Assembly: GCA_973895155.1 (NCBI GenBank)
Contig: OZ316896.1
Location: forward strand, 21,393,543-21,457,542
DNA length: 64,000 nt
Direction of reading: 5' to 3'
From: Marsupella aquatica
Taxonomy: Eukaryota; Plantae; Marchantiophyta
In this document: positions 45,101 to 59,955 of the stretch, piece after piece
Numbering within the stretch: position 1 is the stretch's first letter
Layout of the letters: each line of letters opens with the position of its first letter
Notes under the pieces: generated by a model
What the model was told of the DNA's origin: nothing
Databases searched by the model: none
The model's input: the letters and a program-made list of their open reading frames with translations, nothing else
Translations under genes and position numbers: made by a program

Positions 45101-47762
45101 CAGTTATTGCAATGGCGTCTGGTTGGGTCATTCGACATAGCCGTTTGGCGGGTAGCGATGACCTTGACCGCTGGCTAAGAGAGGGTAACGCAGCTGTGGT
45201 GTCATTCACCAAAGAGCACGTTGAACAACCGGTAAGAACTTCAGTACCTACATTCTACGTGCAACGGTTTGTTTTTAGATTGTTTTGCCGAAGCCATTCA
45301 CGGAAAGCTTATGAGACAAATTGGTGACTCTCCCATGCCAACCATATTACCTGAATCTTGATTTCTACAAAGTGCTACTAGAATTCGTGTAGGCCAACAG
45401 TTTTGTTCCTCTTCGCTTTCCAGGTTTTTTGTTTTGTTTGTTTCATTGGTTTGCCACATATTGTGTGATCGCCACTGTTGTGATCTGGGGTGAGTTTGAA
45501 AACGAGCTCCTTCATTTTCTCCAAGGGCTGTTATTTAGTTTTGTTGAATGAACACTTTACTGCTTTGGAGTTGGGTAGAAAATCACCACATAAGGAATTA
45601 TCATCTTGCCTACTTGTCCAAAGTTTTTGTACGGATTTGGCTTTTTGTCAGCTTGTGGCTATCAGGGATGAGCTCTTTGACACTTTCAGGAAGCGGCGCA
45701 ACAAATCAGATGTAGTGGTTGAGGCCCAACTCACAGCAGAATCATTACAGCGGTACCGTGTTTGTCTTGCCCTTGTCCTTTTTGGCAATCTCTGATGTCA
45801 TCTTGGAGCGACTAATTGCATTTTGTCACATTCTATGTTTGATTTTGAAAGCGGGTCATAATAAATCTTTCTCTTGCAGAATGTTGCAGGATTATGTCAA
45901 ACAAACAACTGGGAATGTGTCGGAAGACCTTTCGCAAGAAGAGATGATGGCTATCATGATGACCAGGTTGGTCACAAATTTGGAAAGAAAATTTCTTATT
46001 GTTCTGTTTTTAGAATTTGCCAGAGTCCTTCCTGTCTAGTGTCATTTGAGACAAGGGATGAGACTTTGGATTACACAGGAATTCATACTACATGCAATGC
46101 AGGAGAGATATGGAAGGTTTACGATAGGGTAGGCAGTTCAGCATACCATTCTTGGTGTCCTCAAAACGCTTGTGCTGATGTTGAGAACTGTTTATGCTTA
46201 GATATGAAGATGAAGTAGTGCACCCCCTGAGAAACCTCGTAGGTGGGCAACTTGCTCGAGCTCTCTTAATTCAGGTATCTCTGTACACCAATTTAGAAAC
46301 TTCTCTCGTGATTGATCGTGATCTTAACATCTGTGCAGATTGTCATTGCCGTAGAGAACATTTCTTAGCTTCTGGAAATCTGTTTTCTCGGCTCTGCTCT
46401 CGGGCCTTTTGTAACTTTCAATCAGATTTTACGTAACGTTCTGTGATACCTGAGTTTCCTCACTTCCAACCTCTCATATACAGGTTCAGAAGCTCAAGCT
46501 TGACACTGAAAGGTGGGTATTTCATCTGTTTTCATGTCAATGTACTTCTATCCAAGCCAATCGAAAATGTCCAGACTACAACTATTTACGAACTGCTTAG
46601 TTAGCATCTCTAGGCCTTGAGAACGCAGTTTTCTTTCTTGCAGGGCAATGGTCGAGTTAAATCAAATCATGAGGGCCAACGAAATCAACTTTGCCATGTT
46701 GGCAGCCTTTCCTGCTGTTTTGCTCATGTTTCTTATTGGATCCATCGTTCCAAAAGTGCTAGCGAAGGTGTGTTCCTTGCTTCCAGGAGCTGCTCAATAT
46801 CATATCGGAGCCGGCCTACATTTGATGCGCTCTCTTGAATCGTGTGGTTCGTAGACCTGCCTGTAGTACATACATAGTTGTAAGTATCACTCTGGGCTTG
46901 TTGCCAATGTGATCCACTTTAGAAGTGATCGAACACAGAATTTGATTCCCACCAGGAGGGCAAAAAAGTAGGGCGCGGTAGAGATGCGCAAGCTGCGCGA
47001 CGGATGCTGATGGCCGAGGTCGAGAAGGCAATATTATGTTTTCAAATGACGATTGATGAAGACCGGGTAGGTTTGCTGATTCTGTCATGACCTGAAAGGA
47101 AAACATCTGCTCTTTTCTTCTGGGGGTCTTTGTACACTTGCCAATGAAAAGGATCATCAGCCATGAGTGGGCAATCTTGGCATGGATGTGAACTAGCTAC
47201 ATAAACGAAGAAATTCGACAATCAATGTTTGAATAATTCGATATGTTCACAGGAAAATGAAGCTGCTTGGAGATTCGGTATGGTGGTATATGCTCTTGAC
47301 ATGTTACATAGAAGTGTGGAACAGGCTGCGAGATCAACTCATGAATGGCCTAGGCAAGTTTCTCTTTGCCCTAAACTGGGTGCCCTAGGTTGCCTCCGAT
47401 ATCACATCAGTGGTTCCTTCTTTATGCAACGAAGAGAGATGCAAGCTATCTCGATAGCTATAGTCACCTCCCGTCAGAGGTTCGCGCTTTCCGGCTGGGA
47501 ATCGATTGTTGGGAGTGCCCACAAAGTACGGGAGAGCGACATGCAGTGGTCACAGTGCTCTTGAGAGCAGTAATTACACAATTTAGCATGGCATTACTCA
47601 CTACAGATGACCACAACTAACATCTCCTCTGCTGTCTGCAGCTTGCGTGGGGATATCATGGACCTTGCAAACCCTAGGCTGGGCACTTCTTATAAGCTAG
47701 CAATTACGGCTAGAATGGAGCGTATCTATGAATGCCTTGTTCCATTGCCCAAGTATAAATGA
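42121..47762 (+). CDS. DGS1: DGS1-like mitochondrial protein (NCA2 family), 14 exons
   Basis: Exons 42121-42317, 43082-43202, 43470-43673, 43851-43982, 44594-44767, 45037-45231, 45652-45752, 45880-45966, 46202-46274, 46484-46512, 46644-46767, 46956-47066, 47253-47353, 47642-47762. Motifs HQKPSKLERKWIRYT, IRDELFDTFRKR, LARALLIQVQKLKLD, ELNQIMRANEINFA and SYKLAITARMERIYECL. Confidence 0.88.
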
Positions 47763-49309
47763 ATAAGTTTGTGGTAGTTCTGAGAAGAAGCTGACTGGGG
47801 AATTTTATGGAAACCGTTATTTGTGACTGTTAGTTTCTGTAGAGTAGTAATCGTGTCGCTCCGGTATTGCGCTCTATTAGAACATGAGGCAGTGAGTACA
47901 AATTCGGCAAACCAGCTGGGAGCTAATCAATGCCAATTTATGATTGATGATTCTCCAGACATGAGTCGGCTTAATCCATTGCACAACAGACGTCTGATAT
48001 GAATGTGGTCTGATAGAAAATGAAGACCTGACTGTTTGGCCACACTGAGTTTGTTGCTAGTGTCAGCCGTGGCATGAAAGCCATTTTTAAAAGGAAAACA
48101 CGCACATGGCTGTCTGCAACAATCCTGACTTCTTGAGGCTTAGTGGACAAGTTTATGTATGAATGACCGTAAGGTGCTCCGTGGATGTTTTGTCAGAGCT
48201 GCGTCTTGGGTGTTTTTCGAAGTTCGTTTGAGCGTATGTTTTCAAAACAGTGACGCAGGAAAGCTCATGTGAACAAGCTGACGGGAAAAAAGAATTTGTT
48301 TCCGAAAGAATAACATACTAGTGTACTGTCCTGGTAGTTTTTCGTCATATATGCAATTGTGCAAGTATTGTTTCGACATAGGATAGGCTCCATATGTCAC
48401 TTTTAAATCACAACTTAACTAAACAACTTAACGTCAAGTTCCTCTCTCCATATTTACAATTGTGCAATTGTTTTGTCCCTTTTTTGCATAGGATACGCCT
48501 GATACACTTGTAAAAGCTTTTTGAGTGATAGCGTGTGAGCAGTTGTCAGTGTTTAATAATTCGATTCAAAACAGCGACTGCTGATGTATGTGATTACCTA
48601 CATCCACTGACATTTATATTCACTTGCAGCTAACCCGATATCAACAGGTATGAACTACTTCGAACAGGACCAATGTCTTTGTTGACGTCTAACCAGCTAT
48701 ATGGTCGCCCGTATTGTTTCATTTTTCAATACAGGGAGTATAGATCGGGATCACAGCATGATCGAGGGGAGCTCGAGAATGGAATTGATTGTGCGGTTGT
48801 AAGGAGTCCTAGGCAGGGGTTTCGATGTGTTTCGTCCTCTCGATCGTTCCCAGCTGTGGGGTATGCGTGTCCTCTTTGGTCCAACTAACGCAGTTTCGCT
48901 TACCAGTGGACCGGCACTATGCTCGATCTGGTCCGCAATTGATCGCATTCAATGTTGCATTTAGTCAGTCTCCAGTCGTGTATAAAATCCCAGCCTGCTG
49001 CTCAACCCCTCCTCAACCTACGGTACCTTCCAGTGCCTGTTACTTCCACAGGAGTTCGGTTGTGGTTCTACTACTCATCTACCCACAGTAAAACATCTAC
49101 CTCAGCTTTGGACTTGGTTTGGCACTTGGTAGGGTAGGGGGCACATTAGTAAAGTTGCTTTTTGAGCTCGGGTTCAGCTTTTCGGGCTCTGGAGATACGA
49201 TTCTCTGCTTTTCGCCGAGATTCGGGGGAATAGCTGCTGGGCAAAGTTGTCAATGGCAAGCAAAGCAACGGCACGGGCCATTCAGGTGTCAACACACCCG
49301 ACATTGATG

Positions 49310-49618
49310 ATGGGAGTATTACCATCATCAATGTAGTAGTGCTCCTAGTTAGTAGCCTTATTAATATCAGGGGAGCGAACGGGCAAGCAGTTGTAACACT
49401 GCCCAGACGGTATCGCAGCTACTACCTTGTCTGCCCGCAGTGAAGAGCAATCCTGAACCTCCATCCGGTGAATGTTGCGCTCGCATCAAAAGCACATCTG
49501 CCGATTGCCTCTGCTCTTGTCTGCAATCGCCGTTTGCTCAAGGCATTGATTTTTGGAGACCGCCCTTCAACTGCCACGCAAGTGCAGGCAAGTGGTTCCT
49601 CCCGCACCAAGTGTGGCG
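49310..49618 (+). pseudogene. nsLTP-like (8-Cys motif) gene with several small indels
   Basis: Signal-like N-terminus, then SCNTAQTVSQLLPC...PPSGECC...ADCLCSC...ALQLPRKC...TKCG spread across frames; paralogue of 59984-60335. Confidence 0.75.
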
Positions 49619-49930
49619 GTACGTAAAAGTCTACAAGACCAAATCTATGATACACTTCTGCAAAATTACATTCACATCGTAGGCCCACCGAGTTCTTTCC
49701 TCGTAACCTCGCGTTGCCTTGATACGCAACTGTAAGTCCTTCACCACTTTAAAAGTTAACCTAACGAGGGTTATTCTCCCTGTGGAAGTGAACTGCTCCC
49801 CATATTTACTTGCAAAGCACCTTGCGAACCTATCCGAGTAGGTCACTCGTACGTGTACAAAATTTGATCTAATTTGATCTATGGAAGTGGAAAGTTTCAC
49901 TCAGCTCCTCGTTGATTACTTCAATTTATT

Positions 49931-50224
49931 AGAGAGCACTCTTGGACAAGATGCTCCGTTCCATCAAAGCCTAACTGTAGAGAGCACTCTTGGACAAGAT
50001 GCTGGAAACAGAGTCAGGACTCACTCTTGACCCATCCGAGGACTCATCTATGTAATCCCGCACTCCCATGCTAAATAGATTTTCAATTTATGTCAGTTCC
50101 ATCAAAAAGCCTAACTGTAAAGAGCACTCTTGGACAAGATGCTGGAAACAGAGTCAGGACTCACTCTTGACCCATCCGAGGACTCATCTATGTAATCCCG
50201 CACTCCCATGCTAAATAGATTTTC
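49931..50224. repeat. Tandem duplication (~141 bp) plus a partial third copy
   Basis: agagcactcttggacaagatgct x3; the following ...ctaaatagatttt block x2. Confidence 0.8.
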
Positions 50225-53200
50225 AGAAGACATCATTTTAACAGTATCGAGTGTAGCTTATGCACATTTCGTGAACCAATCGTCATGACATTTAAATTTT
50301 CTGACGTATTTGTTGTGGACAGTCCACGGCGTTTGGTCAAGATCATCATTGAAGCAAAGGTTTTCGTTGAGAGGACAGAGATTTAGCTTTTTTTTTCTTT
50401 TGCTGACACTTGATATGCAAATGACATCCCCGGGTCCAGCGACTAAAGCGAGTGATCTCGCTAGATTGACGCACGTCATCACTCTTCGACTACTGCTCTT
50501 CGATCTACTGCAAGGTCACCAGTCATTAAGACTTAGACGGCGCCGACTCAACTCCTGCAATTCTCGTTGGGCGAAGTGAGTTAAATGCAATAGGGTAATG
50601 CAATGTGTTGACATCCAGCGTGCTTTCGGAGGTGAAGACTAGGACCGAAGATTACCTTGCTACCTGTGGAATACCGGCAGGAACACAGAAACAAGCAGAT
50701 TGCTATCAGCAGGCGTTAGTTACCAATGTGCTTGGTCTGCACATATTAAGCTTCTTCTCCTCTTGGCCGTGGATGTCAAATATCAATGTGCCAGTTTTGA
50801 TGCTCTCTTTTGCCGGTGGAGCTGTATGGACATACTCTGGAGTACTCTGGAGCATTGAGAGATCTACTACACCCGTATTTGAGAAGTCTTCTTAATTAGT
50901 GTCACATTTTAGATCAGCGAATGTCCTAGGATCGGAGAACTTTCCTGGCTCACGAATTAAGCTAATAGCTCCAGTATCCTACTCACATGAGCAAATTCCA
51001 TGGGTGCAAAGCTCTCGCATATGTACTGATCATCAGTGCTGTCTATAACCACCTTTACATGAGTCACCCTGTATTAGTGACGAAAACGGTTTGATTTGAT
51101 GCTTCATCGGTTGGTGTGGAACTAAAGGCCCCTAAAGTTGCTCCATTGAGTGAAATTAGTCTTGCATAAGTGAGAGGACACATGATATCGTCTTATATGT
51201 TTGTCCAAATGATTCCAACACATCTAAATGTCAAAGTCTCAAAAACATTTACTCGAGACCACGACAAGTATGGTAATGTGGTCATGTCCTGCATTTTATA
51301 TGATCGTAAGCACTGATTTTAGATCGTTGGTACAGAACATCCAGAATGTGAAGAGAGAATGAAGCACTTTCTGTGCGAACTCAATCTTCAACATTTAGGC
51401 TGAAGCGCAGCACAACAAGAATCAATTGCATTCATGTATCACCCTCATGACGGTGCAAGTTCGGCGCTGTTTGCTAGGATTTATAATCACAACTGAACTG
51501 CATTATCCAGTATTTCGTAATCTTACAATTTGGATCATTCGTATTTTTGTCGAGCGTCGTTCACATCTATGCCTTGAACAATGGCAGTTCATGACTCTTA
51601 GAGACAGTTTAAGGCAACCTAATGAAAATTTGCAATTAAGTCAATATCTCAACCGAGGAGCTTCAACCACTGTGAATCGATTTAAAGTTGAGGATTAACA
51701 TTGATGCTAACGGTTGATTGTCTTTCTGTCTTTCTAGGACAAGTTTGATCTTAACCAACGTCAGGTTACTTATAAGTATTGGGCCTTTGTGGTTTAAATT
51801 GGATGGCACGTGGCTTGTAGATAATGCCGACATCATGTCAACATTGTTGTCGCTACACTTGTCTGCATTCGTTGTCTGCATTCGTTCTCTTCTATCATGC
51901 TTGAGTTCCACGCGGTTTAGTCGCGTGTACGTCGGAAAACAGGGAATGGGACCATATATGTGGCAAAGATTCATTTTGCGTGTGCACAAAGACACGTTCA
52001 AGTCTGTGACCATCGAAGGGTAATCCTGGTCTGTCAAAACTAGGCTGAAGTGGACAACGGTAAGCATCATGACGCATGGGGGGACGAAAACTTCAACAAT
52101 CTTCATGACATATTTCATGTGAAAGTGCACTTTACTGGATAAAGCACATTAATTAACAACTTCTGCAGGACAAGCTTCTGTTTATGAGTTCCATTATTGA
52201 TGTTCTCTTTGTGTTGTTTCCTATCTTTCTGTGAACAGTGGTACTTAAAGCAAATATATATCTTTTGAGTACCAAACCCATCCTGAGACAAGACTCTCAA
52301 GCTGTGTGTCCTTATTGGCACATTGTCGCCCGGGTTGTTGCCTCCTCTCTAATGGAGGGATCACCAAAAGGTATGTTGTAATTAATCCCAAGGATATGCT
52401 GACATAGTGTTGCGTCATCCCCAGCATATATTGAAGACAAACACAATGGCGAGGCAAATTCATGTGTTAACACCTGCTTAACTTCGGACGGCTACCCGAG
52501 CCCGAGCTGAGTATATCATGTACTGCAGACAAACCTCTGGCCCGACCTGTTCCACCCAACGGACAGTTGAACTGGTCATAACTCATACAATCAGTGTTGT
52601 TCAATTTACCAAAAGGCTAGATTATTCGACTAACCGGTTGAGTCTATCGGTTTGGATAGCAATACCCACTGGCCCCACATGGCCGTTATCCTTTTAGGAG
52701 CCATTGTGTAAATATCCACTGTGAACTTTGAGGCAATAAAAAATAGAAATTGTAGCCATAGCCCATTTCGTCAGAAAAATTAAGACAGTACAGTACTGTA
52801 ATGTAGGTGGCTGATTGACGCAACTTTTGTTAGTATGTACGTACGGGCCTCAGCTTTTCATTCGTAAAAGTTGCCCTTTCTTTTCCCGGGGGGACATTTA
52901 TGACATGACGTGATTGTTTCACTCACCTAGAGATACCCGATGGCATCACAATCGCTCTGGTGCTGTAGCCAAGCACAGCCCCTTGTTCCCAGATCAACTA
53001 CTGTCCAGAGTGCAAACTTACGTCGACGTGGCAGTCCCAGTGTAGCGTAAGTAAGTTATGAAGTACGTGCCTGAAACATAGGACTTCGTAGTCTTTGACT
53101 GATGGAGCGAGAGCGCAATTAAACAAACTCAATGGTCAGAATTCCAGGCCATGTGTCATCGTACATCATCAGGAACCAAAACCAACGGTAGCGTTAATGT

Positions 53201-56200
53201 AGAAATTTCTCATGTAGATTATTACCCCCCTTAGTGGGTTTGAGCATTTACATGTCTGGGCATGTACAAGTTCGAGCATCGGACGTCCCTCAGCGAACGG
53301 GACGATCGATAAGAGAAGACGATCCATAAGAGAAGAGTGGCTGGATAGGAGTAGCCCAGCGAGACATGGATATGCTGCGTGCCTAATATAACCAGGCAGC
53401 CCACCTTAATCTAAGGGAGCCTGTCATCCTAATTAATCACGGTATCCTAATTAATCACGGTCAGCAAGATTTGCGTGCTAATTTCCAACAGTTAGGCTAT
53501 CATGGGACTAGGGAACTGTAGATCACTTTACAAGAAAAATGATGAATTGAGATTCTGAGCTTCTATGGCTGGAAACGTTAGGTTCGTTTCGGGATCACCA
53601 AGTGTACCATGGCACCTCATCTGAGATACGTCGTCCGTTTGATCCAACCAAGAAAGAAACAGTGGCTCAGACCAGCGGCCCAATCGCTCACGGAGTCTTG
53701 CAGAATCATCCAAGTTTCGTATTTGTTGTGGTCCTGCACGTACGACTTGTGGACCCAAGAATATCTGCTAAAGGCTACCGTAGCGTCTCAGTGGAGGAAT
53801 GATGAAACGAGATGTCATCGGAGAAACCGCCCCACAGTATTTCACAAGTACTGTACCGCACTGAGATTCGAAATCGAGCGCTGTTGGAGCTCGTCTACTG
53901 TTCTGCTCCGCGTGTCGACAGATTGCTGATGCAAGGCACGATGGGTCGGATCAATATGTCTTTCTTCTTGGAGAGTGAAGGCCCCGTTGCCAGGAGTCCC
54001 GATAACTTCCGATAACCGCTATAAATTGGGACGGGTCTACCCAGTTTCTCACCCTGGCGTTCATCTTCAAAAGTTTTGCAAGACATTGTTTCGGATATCT
54101 TTCTCCAGTCTTCACTTCTGTGTGTTCAGATTTCCTCAGTCTACCGCCATCATGTCTTCGTGCGACTGCGATAGGAAGGACAGCAATGGAGGAAATTGCG
54201 AGTGAGTAGATTGGCCTCAGTTTGAACTCTTTGCACAACAGTTCTGAGTGCGAATTGGCTTCTTACAGGCTCTCGATTATTCATGATGCACGTTCATGAC
54301 TAGCAGACATAGCAGACAATCTTTATTACAGCGGACTAATGCGTTTCATTTGAATGCCTGAATTTCCTTCGTAGCCGTCAATCAGGGTTGATTTGCTGTT
54401 TTGTCTAGATCTGCTGAATTGATTCACTACTATGTCGGCAAATTTGTTTATTTGGGTGGCTCATCCGATTGCATTGAGCTGATGCTGCAACTCGTTCCCT
54501 GGAAACTGAAGCTCTTGGCAAGCTCCCATAGGACCATGCTTGCCAAGATGCTGACAAGGATCACAAGAACCATAGCCGTCTCAAACATTAGTTTTTACTG
54601 CGCTACCATTATTTGGAGAATTCCCATATTAGGTCCCCCTTCTCACTGAAAATTATTTCTCAATCTGATTACTGCGCATGGCACCTCTGGATGTGTACAA
54701 ATTGACGGTTAATTGGGATTTATATCGAAGTCCAATTAGAAGCACCTGCTTTTGCAGGCCGATAGTCTGAATAGGTGTTCGGGTACATTGACTTCCTCCT
54801 ATTTAACGTCAAGTTAACTTCCGATGATAGCGTTTGAAATTTGCATGCTGACCAATAGACTAAATGGGTGAATGGATACATTGCAGTTCCTCCTGCAAGG
54901 AAGAGTCCTTCGGAATCGTGGAGCAGACCTCCAGGTGAGCAAGTCTTCTCCGTAAATTAGATATATAAGTAGACACAAAGGATAAAATAGTTAAAAGAGT
55001 CATGACTAATCTAACTTGTAGTCATCGGCACTTTATTGCATCAATGTTTGTTTACTGTGTCAGTGAACTTTTTATTCAGAATGAGCGGTCCTATAAAGCT
55101 TCTGAAAAAAAATGAGCGATCCTTCTCTTTGCCTTTTTGACCTGCAAGTGTTCTGATTAGCTGCAAAGGCAAGTAGAATGAGGTAGGTAGGGTTCGTGGA
55201 GGTGAAGAAATTGTTGGCTCTTGATTGTATCAACTTGTGGACATTTCTGTCCGAATTTAGAGTCGGCCCCCTTATTACCTTTCAAACCTCACTAGAACTT
55301 TTCTGATGAATTAGCCGCCAATCGAACTTATAAGTACTGTAAAGTCAAATTATGATGCAGGGTCCTCTGCGCGTTATATTTGTCGAAAGGGAACTCAAAA
55401 TCATGCATTCGATTCATTCTGTAATCTGATAAGCCCCCTAGGCGGCAACTTTATTTATCAATACTTCCCGTGTGTTCATTTTGCAGCCCCGTGAGCTTTG
55501 CACCCATCTTGGCTGTAAGCAAGGCAGCTGGCGTTGAGGTCGTCGTTTCCTTTGAGGGACACGCTGAACATGCCTGATCTAGTCCTGGGTCCTCAGGCCC
55601 ACCAGGCTGGCCTTACTAGTCTGTTCGTCCTCCGGGTTGAGCTGTGGATATGATCTTAAAATCGATCAGAAGGGCATTACAGACATGTATAAATACCAAA
55701 CAAGTTGTGGAGCAGCGCCTGGTTGGGAGCTTGGGATCGGGTAGTTGGAAGGGTTTAGATTGGATAGTTCAGTACAGCCGGAAGTGATAGCATTGAGGAT
55801 GGATGTATTGTATCTTTTGGTCATTTAAGGATTTGATTAGAACAGTATTCCAGCCACTGATCTTTCGCTTGTCTGGACTTTCCTTCGTCACGTTCTCTAG
55901 TCTTTCACCTCGAAGTAAACGGTGAATAAAAATAAAGTGTGCGCTATTTTTAAGTTGTACATGCAGGGCGTTCAAATTTGTCACAAAAACACGAAGTCTC
56001 TGTTGGAGTTTCTGAATTTGCAGGATTGTCAAGGTGTACATCCACCCCTGCATCTCAGGGGTTTGTCAAAAAGTCTGTGTTTGGAGTATCTCAATACAGT
56101 TCTGTTCCAATCTTTGCACTTTTTGAGATGATTGGCATTCAAAGCAAATTTCACGAAAAACTTCTTGTTCTTTGTATGCTTAAACTTTCCACTCAAATAA

Positions 56201-57125
56201 ATTCTTGAAGACTGAAATTTCAATGCCACTCGACCGTTTGTGGTTTTGCTATTTGAGCTAACTCATTACTTGCCTGCTTACACCGTCCAAGCAAAATGAT
56301 TTTTACGACTACACTTTCAATGCCAATCCAACTGTTGTGGGTTTGCTTATCATGAGTCTAGCTATTCAGAATCTGTAATTTCACCATATGCACCTCTCGA
56401 TTTATGTGCTTTGTCTTTGAACAACATGGTCCCGCTAAACTTGTATACCACTCGAGATACTACCTGTCACTAATTGAAGTGCTAAGGATCAACCGGAACC
56501 TGAGGTACAAATGTGTTGTCCTGCTAGCTACGGTCTGACTATGTTGTACAATATATGATCGGCTTCAGCTAGCTGGTTTGCGAGTCCCATCAAATCCAGA
56601 GTAGAGGTCCTCTCATTTATCATCTCTTTTATAGAGGTAATGTAGTCGCCGGCAATTCCTAACTCCAGATAATTTACATTCCTTTTGACCGGAGATGATT
56701 TTTGAGTTAGATGTGCCTTTGAAGGAATTGAACATTAAAAATAGAAGCTGATGCTAGGATAAACGTCATAACCTACTGCGATAAACAAACATTTGCCAAA
56801 CATGTCTTGCCCATAAAGGTGAACAATTATACAAAAGAAATGTAAGGCAGAAGAACCTATTGTCTATGAGAACTTCACTTTCATTCTAAAGTACTATAGC
56901 TATGCAATTCGGGAAATATGCTAGAGAATGCGCGAAGTGCATTGCAATTAATTCTTAAAGTAGAGTAGACTTATCAGAGAGGAGAGTAGTCATGCATCTC
57001 ACGAGTTTGGCTAACGTTGATTCACAGATTTCGAACTAAAATTCTAAGGTAATCCCGAGTTTTTTCCCAGTGCCGATTGTCCGCGATCGAAGTCCAATAC
57101 CCATTCGAGCATTGCAGCTGCAGAG

Positions 57126-57224
57126 AATGTGGGATGTCTTCGATCACTGCCCTTTCTTTGTATAATTCCGATTTCAATGTGGGATGTCTTCGATCACTGC
57201 CCTTTCTTTGTATATTCCGATTTC
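57126..57224. repeat. 2 x 50-bp tandem repeat
   Basis: aatgtgggatgtcttcgatcactgccctttctttgtata..ttccgatttc twice. Confidence 0.85.
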
Positions 57225-59955
57225 GCATCAACTGAATTCCGCCGTCTCTCTAGCTTCCGTTCTACATGCTGGGACATGGCTATGAATCATAGATGTGTCA
57301 AAAAGTTTTGTATATTGGCTATTTAAATGGAATTCATGGAGTTCTTTCGAGGCAAATTTTGAATTTTTCTTGCGTATTTGTCCTTTACCCGATCATGAGC
57401 TTGCAAATCCACATTAGACTAGCTAGACCACATCTCCTCCGGGAGGGACTTTCGCGGGAGAGCAAGACATAAGCCGTAAGGAACGCGAGGTCGAGGTGGT
57501 GTGTTGTTGCAGCCCTGGCATGACATGTAGTCCGATTCATTGACAGTGGGCCACCAAATGCAGGGCTCTTTAACATTCTCTACGAGTTATGCCAAAAGTT
57601 CAATTCTTTCACCTGGCTTTTACGATAAGTGACTCTTAATTTTATATAATAAATCGCGATCGAAGTATATATATTCGTAGCAATCCAAGTCTACCTATTC
57701 ATGACCTACTAGACACAGATTGTAATTTATCTGGCAACAATTTTTTTGGAAATCTAGGCTATATTTGTGAGTACTTGCAGTCTTCTATGCTAGACGAATC
57801 TTCGAAATCCACTCAGGTAGGTAGACTAAAGCGACGACACCTGACTATGGTGAGACTTGTTGTAAAGGTATGTGTGTAAGCGGTGCATTCCCGTCTATAC
57901 TTGTAAAGTCACTGACAGAGTGACTGGTGATGGTGGGAACATAGAATTGGTGATATCATATTTAGCTGTTGGCAGTAGACAGTGTTACAGTGTAATGTGG
58001 GTAACACCATGTTTGAAAACAAATTGGTATTGGAATCAGTGTGGGACCATACGAAATACTATAGTGAACGATTGTCAGATGAATCACGAAGTTCCGCAGC
58101 CAATAATCTACTCAACTGTTTTGAATTGAGTTGTCGTAGTGGTATCTGTTAGGTATGGTGAGGCGGAAGGACAGAACATTGATTCTAGTATTTTGAGGCC
58201 GTCTGTACCAATTCTGCCACTGAATCAGCCCCGTCTTCGGGTGGCTGAGGAATTAGGACGGTTGATCCTGCACCATGAAATGCTCATACTTTCTACAGCT
58301 CCATGTTTTCCTCGGCACTCCATATGTATAATCGCAATCATCCAGTATATATTAAAACGTAAAGAGACACTACACTCACCTCTAGTTTGCCCCTTGATTG
58401 ATTATAAGCATCTGGCCACCCATTTCCATTTTTCACAGCCCCTGATTTAGAATTACTCCTGTGAGTGTAATTGTGCGTTTATACCTGTGATGTAGTTATC
58501 AGTGTTATATTATACTGTCTAAGTTGTCATTTGGAAGATTCGAGGAGCTTGATAACGTACATACTGAATGTGAAGTTGTTAACTTTCAGCCGTCCATGCC
58601 ACGGATCTCAGGTAAGAAGTCAGTAGAATTTATACAACCATGAGAGCAAGCTGATGTTGACATAGAAAAACAAGTGCGAGTTGGTGATGTAGAACAAGTA
58701 CGAGGGTTGGATCTGTACGTGTAGCTAGGCTTTGAATCCCTCGCGTCAAATTAAGCAAACTCACTGGCGCACCAAGAATCTCTGGCAATGCAGCGTGGGG
58801 ATAACGATTTCAGCGAGCTTGAGCACTGAAAAGGATTGCCAGAACCGCGATCTACATGCAGGGAACCGGTTTTGATATATCGAGGACCAAAACTCTTGCT
58901 CGTCGGTCCAGGATTCATGTTAGCTAGCCAAATCCATCTCTGACACCCTGTTCTCTAAGAAGTGTTTCAGTGACGTTGAAATATGTGACTTTGGAGTATA
59001 TGTGTGTCTAGTCAAATGGTGCTTGGGGTGCCCTAAACCCTAAACTTGAAGGTTGTGATGTAGTGAAAGTTCCCTTCGTGCTCATCAAAACTTCGACCCG
59101 TTCTTCCAGGTTTAGGTTATATAGGCCGCAGTTTACATACAATAGTGACATTCTTACAGTCGCCGCTTTGTTTGTCTTTTACCATTGCCAAATGGCTGCC
59201 GTGGGACAACGGTTGAGTAAGGACCGAGGTCCATCCCGAGTCTCATCTGTACTCCCGCTCTGGCTTTGTTTCGGATTTATGGAATTTACATTTTTGCATA
59301 TTCAAATTGCTTGATCTTTGAGTCTCTCGTTCTCGTGTCCACGCTCTTGTGCATCGATGGCGCTGACAGATGTGAATCCCACCCACCTTAGAATAGGCAC
59401 TTTTAATTATTGAAATCGGCTTTATGCATATAATTTGCCTAGTATTAGTGTGTTTCGGGTTCAGGGTATGTGAGCATTTCATCTACTTTACGTACTCCTG
59501 CAATAAGCATGTGATATGCGACATTCCTGCGGGTATCACGGGACGTATGCGTGCGTCGCCAACGACCTAGGAAACCTTGAGTCGGTCGTCAATTCGCTCC
59601 CTGGCACGCCAAACCATTCCAACCAACAGAATCAGATCTAACCTGAACCGATCTCAGTACGTTTCTCTTTCGTGTTATAAACGGCCTTATCCATGCATCG
59701 CGTTCAGGCAACTCGAGTAAACGTTCGATTATAGTGACATGATCAATATGAATGCCTAGCAAGGAACTTGCAATGAACGATAGCTGTGGCATGAAATGTT
59801 CACAGGCCCAGGGCAATTGGAGCTTGCTCTCCAGCTCCAATCGTTTCCAATGTTGTAATGTTTGTAGCATTGGCATTGTTGAGATTCGTAAGAAAGCTCG
59901 CTCTGGGATTCAATTATATAGACCTATATAGATAAATCTTCATCGATCGATTGTA

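Noticed and set aside
53500-54250. Cluster of 60-106 aa ORFs
   Set aside because: No recognisable domain or consistent splice pattern.
59031-59045. Telomere-like CCCTAAA repeat
   Set aside because: Only two units; at most a telobox-like motif.
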